A stretch of DNA of 64,000 nt from the human T2T-CHM13v2.0 reference genome, Homo sapiens, in NCBI RefSeq assembly GCF_009914755.1, contig NC_060929.1; one strand, 5' to 3'. A model generated the notes under the pieces. That model was not told the DNA's origin and searched no databases. It saw only the letters and a list, made by a program, of their open reading frames with translations. Within the stretch, counting starts at the first letter, position 1. Each line of letters opens with the position of its first letter. Positions 51,189 to 64,000 of the stretch are shown here, one piece after another. The translations under genes and the position numbers were made by a program.

Positions 51189-51385
51189 ACATGCAATCTG
51201 GCCTTCAGCCCAAATTTATCTATACTGAGAACTTGGAGGGAGTACAATGAGCTATTTCTTTGCCCTGAAGTTGTTTGCCCTCGATAATAGGTATTTTCTT
51301 TTTCTCTTTTTTTAATTAATTATTTTTTTTCTTAAGCATAGGCTGACAAATTTCTACTTTCAAAAGAGATTAATGGGACCCTTAG

Positions 51386-51758
<373 letters not shown>

Positions 51759-51839
51759 TGGTTGCACAAAATTGAGATGAATTTTACTTCTCTATTCATG
51801 GCACTCTATTCATTTGCTTATGAAAATAATTTCATGGCA

Positions 51840-52400
51840 CTTTGATGGTCAGTTCTCAGCTCTGGTAATACTGTAACTCTCAGTAGCAGTTGACACAGCT
51901 GATTACAGTCACTTCCTTGAAACAGCTTCTTTACTTGACTTTGAATTTACTGTGCTCTCTTGGTTTTCTTCTTACCTCACTGTATGTTCCTTTTCACTCT
52001 TGTTTTTTCACTCCTCCTTTTCTATTCAACTTCTAAATATTGGAATATCCCAGGGCTCAGTGTTGAGCCCTCTTTTGTATTATGCTTCTGCCTCTGGATA
52101 CATGAGTTTAAATATCATGTATAGACACTAATTACATACAAATTTACAGATTTTACTCTATTTTCTCACCTGCCCAGTATTACCAACTACCTACTTGACA
52201 AATTTAGATGTATCTCACCTTAACATGTCAAAAAAGGAAATTGTGACTTTTCTTCCTAGACCTATTCCTTCTGCAGTTGGTTGTCTTTATTTCTCAGTAA
52301 ATGGCATTGCCATTCACCAGTTGAGGAAGTCAAAAACCTGTAAGTTAAACTTGACTTCTCCCTTTTCCCTCACACCCCACATCTGTACCATTGGCAAAAT
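51840..52400 (+). mobile_element. L2 fragment
   Basis: agcagttgacacagctgat...cccagggctcagtg...tcagtaaatggca motifs. Confidence 0.6.
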
Positions 52401-52419
52401 ATGTCTTACCAACAAAACT

Positions 52420-53570
<1,151 letters not shown>

Positions 53571-54320
53571 AATATTTTTAAAAATTTCAATAGCTTTTGG
53601 GGTACAAATGGTTTTTATTTACATGAATGAATTGTACAGTGGTGAAGTGTGAGATTTTAGTGCACCCATAATCTGAGTAGTGTACATTGTGTTCAATATG
53701 TAGTTTTTTTATCCCTCATTCCTCTCCTTAGGCCCTTCTGAGTTTCCAGTGTACCACTGTATATACCTTTGTGTACCCATAGCTTAGCTCCCACTTACAG
53801 GTGAGGATATACAGTATTTAGTTTTCCATTCCTGAGTTACCTCACTTAGAATAATGGTCTCCAGCTCCATCCAAGTTGATGCAAAAGACATTATTTCGTT
53901 CTTTTTTATGGCTGGGTATTTTTTCATGGTGTATACATACCATATATTCTTTATTTACTCATCAATTGATGGGCATTTTGGTTGGTTACATACCTTTGCA
54001 ATTGTGAACTGTGCTGCAATAAACATAAGTGTGCACGTGTTTTTTTGATATAATGACTTCTTTTCCTTTGGGTAGATACGCAGTAGTGGGATTGTTGGAT
54101 CGAACGGTAGATTTACTTCTTTGAGAAATCTCCATATTGTTTTCCATAGAGGTTGTACTAGTTTACATTTCCACTAGCAGTGTATAAGTGTTCCCTTTTC
54201 ACCACATGCACACCAACATTTATTGTTTTTTCACTTTTTAATAATGGCCATTCTGGCTGGACTAAGGTGGCATCTCATTTTGGTTTTAATGTGCATTCCC
54301 CCAGTGATTAGTGATGTTGA

Positions 54321-54749
<429 letters not shown>

Positions 54750-55034
54750 TGATTTGTTTGAGTTCCTCGTAGATTCTGGATATTAGTGCTTTCTTTGTTG
54801 GGCGCATAGTTTGCAAATATTTTTTCCCATTCTGTGGGTTGTCTCTTTACTCTGATGATTATTTCTTTTGTTGTGCAGAAGCTTTTAAGTTTAATTAGTT
54901 CCCATTTATTTATTTTTGTTTTATTTGCTTTTGGAGTCTTAGTCATAAATTCTTGGCCAGTTTCCAGAAAAGTTTTTCCTAGGATTTCTTGTAGAATTTT
55001 TATGGGTTCAGGTCTCAGATTTACCTCTTTAATA

Positions 55035-55235
55035 CAGGGATGTCCAGTCTTTTGGCTTCCTTGGGCCACATTGGAAAAAAAAGAATTGTCTTGGGACACA
55101 CATAAAATATATTAACATGGTAGCTGATGAGCTTAAAAAAAATTGCAAAAAGATCTTGTAGTATTTTAAGAAAGTTTACACATTTGTGTTGGGCCACATT
55201 CAAAGCCATTCCGGGCCGTGGTTTGGACAAGTTTG
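55035..55235 (+). mobile_element. MER30 (hAT-Charlie MITE)
   Basis: cagggatgtccagtcttttggcttcc...ttggacaagtttg; 8-bp TSD ctttaata/ctttaatc. Confidence 0.88.
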
Positions 55236-56233
55236 CTTTAATCCATGTTGAGTTCATTTTTGTAGGCATACAGTTTTATTCTTCTGCTTGTGGCTGTCCA
55301 GTTTTCCCAGCACCATTTATTGAATAGGGTGTTCTTTCTCCAATTTATGTTTTGGTGTGCTTTGTCAAAGATCAGTTGGTTGTAAGTATTTGGCTTTATT
55401 CCTGGGTTCTCTATTCTGTTCTGTTGGTCTGCATATCTACTTTTATACCAGTACTATGCTGTTTTGGTTGCTGTAGCCTTGTCAATATAATTTGGAGTTA
55501 GGTAATGTTATACCTCTTGATTTGTTCTTTTTCTTAGAATTGCTTTGGCTATTCAGGCTCATTTTTAGTTCCATATGAATTTTAGGATTGATTCTGTGAA
55601 AAATGATGTTGGTATTTTGATAGGAATTGCCTTGAATCTGTAGATTGCTTTGGGCAGTATGATCATTTTCATGATATTGGTTCTTGCAATTGATGAGCAT
55701 GGGACATATTTACATTTGTTTGTGTCATTTGTGATTTCTTTCAGTAGTGTTTTGTAGTTCTCCTTGTAGAGATCTTTTACCTCCTTGGTTAAGTATACTG
55801 CTAGGTTTCCTTTTTTTTTATTTTTTGCGGCTATTGTAAAAGGGATTGATTTGAGAATCAGATCTTAATTTGATTTTCCAGTTTGGTTGCCCTTTATTTT
55901 TTTTCTCTTGCCTGATTGCTCTAGCTAGGACTCCCAGTATTATGATGAATAGAAGTGTGGTAAAAGTGGGCAACTTGGTCTTGTTCCAATTCTTGGGAGA
56001 GGTGGGGATTCTTTTCAACTTTTCCCCATTTAGTATGATGTTGGCTGTGGATTTGTCGTATATGGCTTTTATTATTTTGAAGTATATTCCTTCTGTGCCT
56101 AGTTTGTTGCTTGTTTTTATCATAAAGGGATGCTGTGGGGCATTTTATCGGATGTTTTTTATGCATCCATTGAGGTAATCATATGGTTTTTGTTTTAAAT
56201 TCTGTTTATGTGGTGAATTTGCATTTATTGACT

Positions 56234-56637
56234 TGCATATTAGGCCACTCTTGCATTGCCGAAAAGAAATACCTGAGACTGGGTAGTTTATAAGAAAAGA
56301 AGTTTAACTGGCTTATGGTTCTGCATGCTGTACAGGAAGCATGGCACCAGCATCTGCTTTTGGGGAGGCCTGGGGAAGCTTTTACTCGTGGCAGAAGATG
56401 AAGCAGGAGCAGATACTTCACATGGTGGAAGCAGAGGCGAGAGAGAGAGTGAGCGGGGACTTGTTACACACTTTTAAATGACCAGATCTTGCGAGAACTC
56501 ACTATCACAAAGACAGCACTAATCCATGAAGGATTCACCCCCATGATCCAAACACCTCTCACTAGGCCCCACCATCAGCACTGAGGATTACAATTCAACA
56601 GGAGATTTGGCTGGGGACAAATACACAAACTATATCA
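56234..56637 (-). mobile_element. MST (MaLR) solo LTR
   Basis: aagaaatacctgagactgggta...gatttggctggggacaaatacacaaactatatca. Confidence 0.8.
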
Positions 56638-56882
56638 CATATATTGAACCATTCCTTCATCCCTTGGATGAAACCCACTTTATCATGGTCAGTTATCTTT
56701 TTGATGGGCTGCTGGATTACGTTTGTTAGTGTTTTGTTGATTTTTGCGTGTATGTTCATCAGGGATATTGGTCTGTAGTTTTCTTTTTTTGGTTACATTT
56801 TTTCCTAAGTTTGGTATCAGGATGATAATACAGGCTTCATAGAATGAGTTAGAGAGGATTCCCTCCTTTTTCTCAATCTTTT

Positions 56883-57284
56883 CTTATCTTTTTTTTTTTA
56901 AACTGTAAGTTCAGGGGTACATGTACAGGATGTGCAGGTTTGTTACATAGGTAAACGTGTGTTATGGGGATTGGTTGTACAAATTATTTCATCACTCAGG
57001 TAGTAAGCCTAGTACCCACTAGTTGTATTTACTGCTTTTTTCCCTTCTCCCACCCTCCACCCTCTGATAGGCCCCAGTTTGTGTTCTTCCCCTCTATGTC
57101 TCTGTGTGTTCTCATCATTTAGCTCCTGCTTTTAAGTGAGAACAGGCGGTATTTGGTCTTTTGTTTCTGTGTTAGTTTTCTAAGGATAATGGCCTCCAGC
57201 TCCATCCACATCCCTGCAAAGGACATAATCTCATTCTTTCTTGTGGCTGCATAATATTCCATGGTGTAGATGTACCACATTCTC
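56883..57284 (-). mobile_element. 5'-truncated older L1PA 3' end nested in the L1PB
   Basis: 14-bp TSD tttctcaatctttt at 56869-56882 and 57285-57298. Confidence 0.85.
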
Positions 57285-57978
57285 TTTCTCAATCTTTTGG
57301 AATAGTTTCAGTAGGATTGGCACCACTTCTTCTTAGAAGGTGTGGTAGAATTCTGCTATGAATCCACCTGGTCCTGAGTTTTGTATTTTTTTTTCTTGGT
57401 TGGCTATTTTTTAAATTACTGATGCGTTCTCACTGCTTGCTATTGGTTTGTTCAGGATTTCCATTCCTGATGCAAGCTCTGGGGGTTGTATGCTCCTAGG
57501 AATTCAACCATTTCCTCTAGATTTTCTAGTTTGTGTGCATAGAGGTGTTCATAGTAATCTCAAATGATCTTTTGTATTTCTTTGGTGTCAGTTGTAATGT
57601 CTTCTGGATTCTGTTTTCAGTGTTGTACATGAGAGCTTTTTACCAAACACAGATTTTCTCTAGTTTTTCTTAGAGTTTTACTGTTTTGGATTCTGTATTC
57701 AGGGCTGTCATCCATTTTGCATTAACTTTTGTATACAGTATGAATAATAGGTTGAGATTATCTTTTTTTGTCATATGATTGATTAGTTATTTCAGCATTA
57801 TTAGTTGGAAAAACTGACCTTTCTTTATTAAATTTCCTTTGCATCTTTGTCAAATATTAAATATCAATAGTTGATGATATTTGAGTGAGTTTATTTTGGG
57901 GCTTTCCCTTGTGTTTTATGGGTATGTGTTTATCTTTTTCTGATACAGTACCATTCTGTCTTGATTACTGTAGCTTTT

Positions 57979-60683
57979 TTTCCCTTTTCAACGCTTTATA
58001 TCATTTATTAATGCAGTATATATTAGATCTAAAATCTGCAGTTTCTAAGCACACCATGTTTAGCTTTTACAGATCCTTCTGCAGTTTTAGGTTATTTCTA
58101 CAGAGGTACCTTCAAGTGAATGAATAACATATTCTCTAATTCCTGAAAATATAGTACAGAATGAAATGATTTAAATATAATTTAGAGACATACTGATTAT
58201 GGAAATAGATTATCTCTCAATACAATACTTTCTGTCTTGGTAAAAGTAATAAAGCAAAGAAAATAATTCATTTCTGAAGTTGCTCTCCTTCACTTGTAAA
58301 GTTCTGATCTCTTCCCACTATGCATATGTACCCTTTACTGTTAAGGAAAGCTTTGCATATGTAGATATAGAAGAATAAGCACGAAAATACTAAAGATATG
58401 TCATTCTCCTAAAGGAGACAAAAGTGGTTTTCAGTGATTCCTTGCCTCATGTTGATGAGTCTGTAGAATTCAGAACCCATTTGGACACAGCTAGTATCCC
58501 TGCTCTTGGGGTAGATATAAGGACACCAGGTCATTGGTAGGCAGGTACAGGCCCTTCCTCTGCTGCTGCAGAGAGATAATGACTCAAGAAAATTGGGCTG
58601 AAATTTGTTTTAAAAAAACCCAAAAAATATAAGTAAAAGAATCACAGGTGCTGACTGATTGGTATTACATTTTAGATCAGCCAAATGCCTTTATTTTTAC
58701 TTTATATATATTTACTGGTGGCTGTAATCAAATGTCTGTCTAAAATTCCTCATTACCCACTGTAGGGTTCTAGCTTCAATATATTACATTGTCTTTTATC
58801 AGGCAACTCTGCCATATTCACTCATATTGTATAAGCTTTGATTGCAGTAGATCTGGATTTAATATCGATTTCTAAGCTGGCCTTATGTAAATTATTTGGT
58901 ATTTGAATTAAATGAATATTAATGATGTACCTTGGTTTTTTGGTTTTGAAGTATCTTCCTATGCTTGTGCCGATCGTATGGGAAAACTAGGCTAATAGTG
59001 TAAATAGATAGAATTGCTTGGTCTGGTATTGAGTGGAACTTGCCTCTGGTATTGAGTGGAACCCCCCTACCCCATTCAAAAAGCAGCAATATCTAGTTTC
59101 CATATACCTATTAATGAGTGCTTTTCTGTTAAAAATCAGAATATGGAAAAAAAGTCAATTTTTTCCCTTATGCACCTCTGAGAGCAAGCATAATTCTCTC
59201 AATGTTTTTTAAAAATTTCCTTACAGTGTTACTTCTTCTAGACAACTGAGTGGGTGGAGAAAGAAAAGTGATAAGGAAAATGTTTTCATCTTGTACATCT
59301 TCCTCTAGCCCCTAAAATTCTCATCTGACATTTTGCGACATGTATAGTGGTGTCAGCATCTCTTCAAATATAGCTCCCTACACGTTGGACCCTCTCAAGT
59401 TGGCTTCTTGAAGATCACACCCAGACAGATCACAGTTCTCTAAATTGGTTCCTGCCAGAGTTGCTCCTCTGAGGTTACAATTCTTCAACTTTGCATTTTT
59501 TAAGGTAGCCACTCTCAGGTTAATTCCTGTCATCTGACTTCCTTCCATATCCACACCTTTCAGATTAGCACCTTCTAAATTGGCTTTAAGACCAGAAAGA
59601 TCCTCAAAATTACACAGTTTCAGGGATGCTCCTTCTGCATTAGAACAGAGCATCTTGACTCCCTGGAGATTTGCACAGTCAAGCACTGATCCAGAGAGAT
59701 CACCTCATTCAAGATTTGCACAGTAAAGATTTGCATGTGCAAGATTGCAGCGGCTTAAATTGGCCATTTTGAAGTTAATGTATCGAAGGTCCTAACGAGA
59801 AACATCAGCACCACTGAAGTTCAAACTCTGGTATCACAGTTCTGACTTGGTTGGAGTTGCTACCAAAAATCGGACAAATTCCTTTCGAGATATTGGTGAA
59901 TGATCCTCTGGTGATTGAGAATTCTTTATTGCCACTTCTAGGTGTTCAATCAGTGAGTCAATACCAAAAAATCTTGCTTCTTCTAACACACCCAATAAAT
60001 TAATGCCATCATTTACAATGAGCTGTCCATGACACAAGTAGTTCAAAGTGGGTTCAAAGTACTCAGGACTTTGGTCAGTTAAGAAGGCTCCTCTATGATC
60101 TTGCTTATTTCCCCAGACACCTCTGTTCTTAAGCATGTGGGCCAGCATACTGTCAGGTTCTTTATTCGCTAAAGTGCTCCGTGTAGTTGTAAAGTACCTC
60201 CCTCCAACATTTAATGTTAGCCACTCTGTGTGGAATCCTAACAATCCTTCAGGAGGCTTAGAATCTGTCTGAAGATCAATAAATGGCTCTCCCTCACACA
60301 CAAATAAAACATCATCATCCCTGATCAAAGCAATATCATCAGTCAGTCCACCTTTCTCATTATACACACTGGTGGCTTTTATGCTGAGTTTACTGCTGGC
60401 CACAGAAAGCAAATCAGATAAAGTTCCATATACAGCAACCACCTTTCCGTTCTTGGGGGCTGCTGTTCAGGAACAGGGTCACCCGCCTCATTGCGCTGCC
60501 CCCGGTGGGTCCTGAGTGAGCCACCACCCTCCCACTTGGTCCTCCTCCCACCTTTTTCTCTTCCCACCTTTCCCTTCCCTCCACCCACTTGGATTCACCT
60601 CCCTTTGCCACCTTCCTGCCCTTGGGGACACACACACACACAGGCACTCTGTCCCACACCCAGGGCTCGGCCAGTCTTCCTAC
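57979..60683 (-). pseudogene. KCTD9P: KCTD9 processed pseudogene (5'UTR, intronless CDS 60491->59321, 3'UTR, decayed A-tail)
   Basis: MRRVTLFLN start, BTB domain, pentapeptide repeats; +1 frameshift near 60457; in-frame stops at 59834, 59792, 59705 and 59378; AATAAA at 58004-58009; degenerate TSD tactgtagctttt / tactacagctttt. Confidence 0.93.
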
Positions 60684-60699
60684 TACTACAGCTTTTAAA

Positions 60700-63280
60700 T
60701 ATTTCTTACATATTAACAAACTTAAACTTAAATTTGGTAGGATGCTTTCCAACTTTTTTTTTTCTTTTTAAAAATGGCTTTGACTATTCTAATTTCTTTA
60801 CTTTTTCATGTAAATTTTAGAAGCACCCTGTCTATATCTACAAATAATCTTGTTAGAATTATTTTGTGGATACATTCTTTTTGTACATATTTATGGGGTA
60901 CATGTGATATTTTGTTGTATACAGAGAATATGTAATCAAGTTCAGGTATTTGAGGTATCCATCACCTTGAACATTTATTGTTTCTATGTGCTGGGAAGAT
61001 TTCTAGTTCTCCCTTCTAGCTATTTTAGAATATGTGAGACATTGTTATTAATTGTAGTCACCCTACTGTGCTGTCAAACATGAGAACTTATTCCTTCTAA
61101 TTGTATGTTTGAACCTATCAACTGATTTCTCTTTATCTTCCCCCCTCCCCTGCACTTCTTAGACACTGGTAACTATCATTCTAAGTCTCTACTTCCACAA
61201 GATCACCCTGTTGGGATTTTCTTTGGAATTATATTGAGTCTGAAGATCAATTTGGAGAATTGATGTTTTCAGTATATTGAGGTTTCTGATTCATCAGCAC
61301 AGTATATCTCCCCACTTATTTAGGCCTTCTGTTTCTTTCGTGTACATTTTATAGTATATCAACATAGGGATCCTGATTATATTAGATTTGTACCTAAGCA
61401 TTTTGTTTTTTTGAGTTATTACAAATAGGACTTTAAAATATTTTTTGGTTTCTAACTGTCATTGGTAGTGCATAGAAATTTTATTGATTTTTTTGAATGT
61501 TGTTTTTTTATAGAGTCCTTGGGATTTTCTACATAAATGGTCATTGTGTCTTGGAATGAATGTTTTATTTCTCCTTTTACAATCCGAATGCCTTTTATTT
61601 TTTTTCTTGCCTTATTGTACTTAACTAGGGCTTCCAGATTGACATTGAATGTGAATGTGGTGGGGTCAGGTATCTTTGCTTAAAACCTGACATTTAGAGA
61701 AAATATTTGGTCTTTTACCATTAAATAGGTAGTTAACTGTAGGTTTTTTGTACGTACCTATTATGGACTGAATGTTTGTGTCCCCCCCAAATATATATAT
61801 TGAAGCCATCACCTCCAATGTTATAGTATTAGGAGGTGGGGGCCTTTGGGAGGTAATTAGGTTTAGGTGAGGTCATGAGGGTGGATTCTCTATGATGCGA
61901 TTAGTGCCCTTCTGAAAAAAAGGAATAGATACCAGAGCTTTCTGTCTCCTGACCATATGAAGATACAGGAGAAGATGGCCCATCTGCAAGCCAGGAAGGG
62001 ATCCCTCACCAACTTCCAGAATTATGAGAAATAAATGTATGGTGGTTAAGCCACCCAGTCTATGGTCTTTTGTTATAGCAGCCCTAGCTGACTGAGACAA
62101 TATGCTTTTATCAAGTTGAGTAAGTTGTTTTCTGTCACTGATTGGCTGAGAGTTTTTTATCATGAATGGCTATTGAGTTTTGTCAAATGCCTTTTCTGAA
62201 TTTTTTATCTTATTATGTTAATGTGGTTAATTACATTGATTTTTGATTGTTAAACCAGACTTGTATTCTTGGAACAAAGCCTTCTTGGTTGCAATGTACT
62301 ATTCCTTTTAGATACTAGTTTAATATTTTTTCAAAGATCTTAGCTTTTATGTTGATGAGGGATGTTGTTTTGTAGCTTTCTTATGTCATATGGTACTTGA
62401 TTTTGGTATCAGGGTGATGGTAGCTTCATAAAATGAATTTGGAAGTGTACTATCCAATTCTGTTTTGGGGAAACTGTTGTGAAAAAGTAATGTTACGTCT
62501 TCCTCAAATGTTTGGTAGAGTTTGCCAGTATAGCCAACTGGGCTGGGGTTTTCTTTTCTGTTTTTGAAAGCTTTTAACTATGAATTCAGTATATTTAGTG
62601 GATATAGGACTATTCAAGTTCTTCCTTCCTTTAAGTTACCAAATTTATGTGCATAAGATTATTATAATAGTAATATTTCTTTGGGATCAGTACTGATATA
62701 TCTCCTAATTTTCCCTGAATTGGTGGTAATTTGTGTCTTCTCTCTCTTTCTCTCCTTTTCTTGTTCTGGCTAAAAGTTTATCAACTTTATTGATTTATTT
62801 TCTCCTACTTGCCTTCTTTTTCTAATATTTTAAGATGGATGCTTTAATTATTAATTTGAGACTTTTCTTATTTTCTAATAGAAATGCTCTAAGCATTTCT
62901 TTAACTGTGTCCCACAACTTTCAGATGTTATATTTTCATTTTTATTCAGTTCACTTGGGATTACCTTTTTGACCCATGGGTTATTAGTGTGGTGTTTAAA
63001 TATACAAGTATTTGAGACTTTTTTCTTACTGGCTTCTAATTTAATTCTCTTATGATCTAGAAACATACTTTAAAAAAAAAAAAAATTCTGGCCTCAAGTG
63101 ATCCTCCCACCTCAGCCTCCCAAAGTACTGGGATTGTAGGCATGAGCCATCACACCCAGCCCTTGGAAACATACTTTGAATAATTTTAATTTTTAAAATA
63201 TCTGATGAAGTGTGTTTTGTTACTTAGAATATGATTTTAGTGAATTTTCTGTGTGCACTTGTAAGGAATGTGTACTCACT
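60700..63280 (-). mobile_element. Old L1M continuing after the retrocopy, with an L1MA 3' piece at approx. 60875-61205
   Basis: Decayed antisense ORF2 motifs (e.g. ORF 62875-63066 [10 protein letters not shown]). Confidence 0.65.
61759..62099 (+). mobile_element. MLT1A/MSTD-like MaLR LTR
   Basis: tatggactgaatgtttgtgtccccc...ttgttatagcagccctagctgactgagaca. Confidence 0.8.
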
Positions 63281-63504
63281 TGTCAACACTTAGTGCTGCT
63301 CTCTAGTCAAAGCCACTGTCGATCTTCGCATGACTCACATTAACATCTTCCCAGTTGGACCTATAAATTCTTTTTTTTTCTCGTTTTTCAACAGGCTTTT
63401 CTTCACTGAGCAGCCCTATAGATTCTTTTTTTTTTTTTTTTTTAAACAGACTTTCCTTCACTGGGCAACCAGAATATTTTTTAAAAAGTATTTAGTTTCT
63501 AGCC

Positions 63505-63730
63505 TGTGCAGTATAGCAGAAACCACATCTCTATAATAAATAAAAAATCAGCTGGGTGTAGCGGTGCTTGCCTTGTAGTCCCAACTACTTGGGAGGGTGA
63601 GGTGGGAGGATCTCTTGAATTCAGGAGGTTGAGGCTGCAGTGAGCTGTGGTGGTCGCACCATTGCACTTGAGCCTCAGCAACAGAGTGAGACCCTCATCT
63701 GTAAACAAACACTCCCCCCCCCAAAAAAAA
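63505..63730 (+). mobile_element. AluJ/FRAM 5'-truncated
   Basis: Alu linker and right arm. Confidence 0.8.
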
Positions 63731-64000
63731 ACTTAATAAAATTATTTATTTTGGTATAATTTTAAACTTAAAGAATAGCTGTAAATTAAAAGGGGTGTAA
63801 AGCTTCTTTATACTTCTTTTTCAGATTTACCAATTGCTAACATTTTGTCTCATTGCTTTATTTTCACCTTACCCCTTCCTTCCTTTTCCCTCCTCCATTC
63901 CTCCCTCAACTAACACAAACTAACCCACCTTCCTATCCCACCTGTATATACACACTCATATATATATGCATATGCATATAAATTACATATATGTGTGTTT

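Noticed and set aside
50768-51247. E/G/R/K-rich 159-aa ORF
   Set aside because: Translation of the polypurine simple repeat

Overview
Human (primate) genomic DNA. Almost the whole window is intronic sequence of WDR70 (+ strand), with one intact 154-nt coding exon at 33479-33632. The rest is dense transposon debris: about 30 Alus, L1s of many ages, MaLR/ERV LTRs, hAT/Tigger MITEs, one SVA, and a disabled KCTD9 processed pseudogene on the - strand. The most notable structure is a young human-specific (pre-Ta, ACG/G) L1 insertion at about 11.5-14.8 kb. It has a twin-priming 5' inversion, an internal deletion of about 0.69 kb, a 3' transduction of about 370 bp with its own poly(A) tail, and a 14-bp target-site duplication (TSD). 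Parts of 17-41 kb resemble, from memory only, the SMA/GUSBP segmental-duplication sequences. I found no prokaryotic-type system, CRISPR array or RNA gene. Repeat subfamily names come from recalled consensus sequences and need RepeatMasker/Dfam confirmation. Most ORFs in the supplied track are Alu/L1 artefacts.
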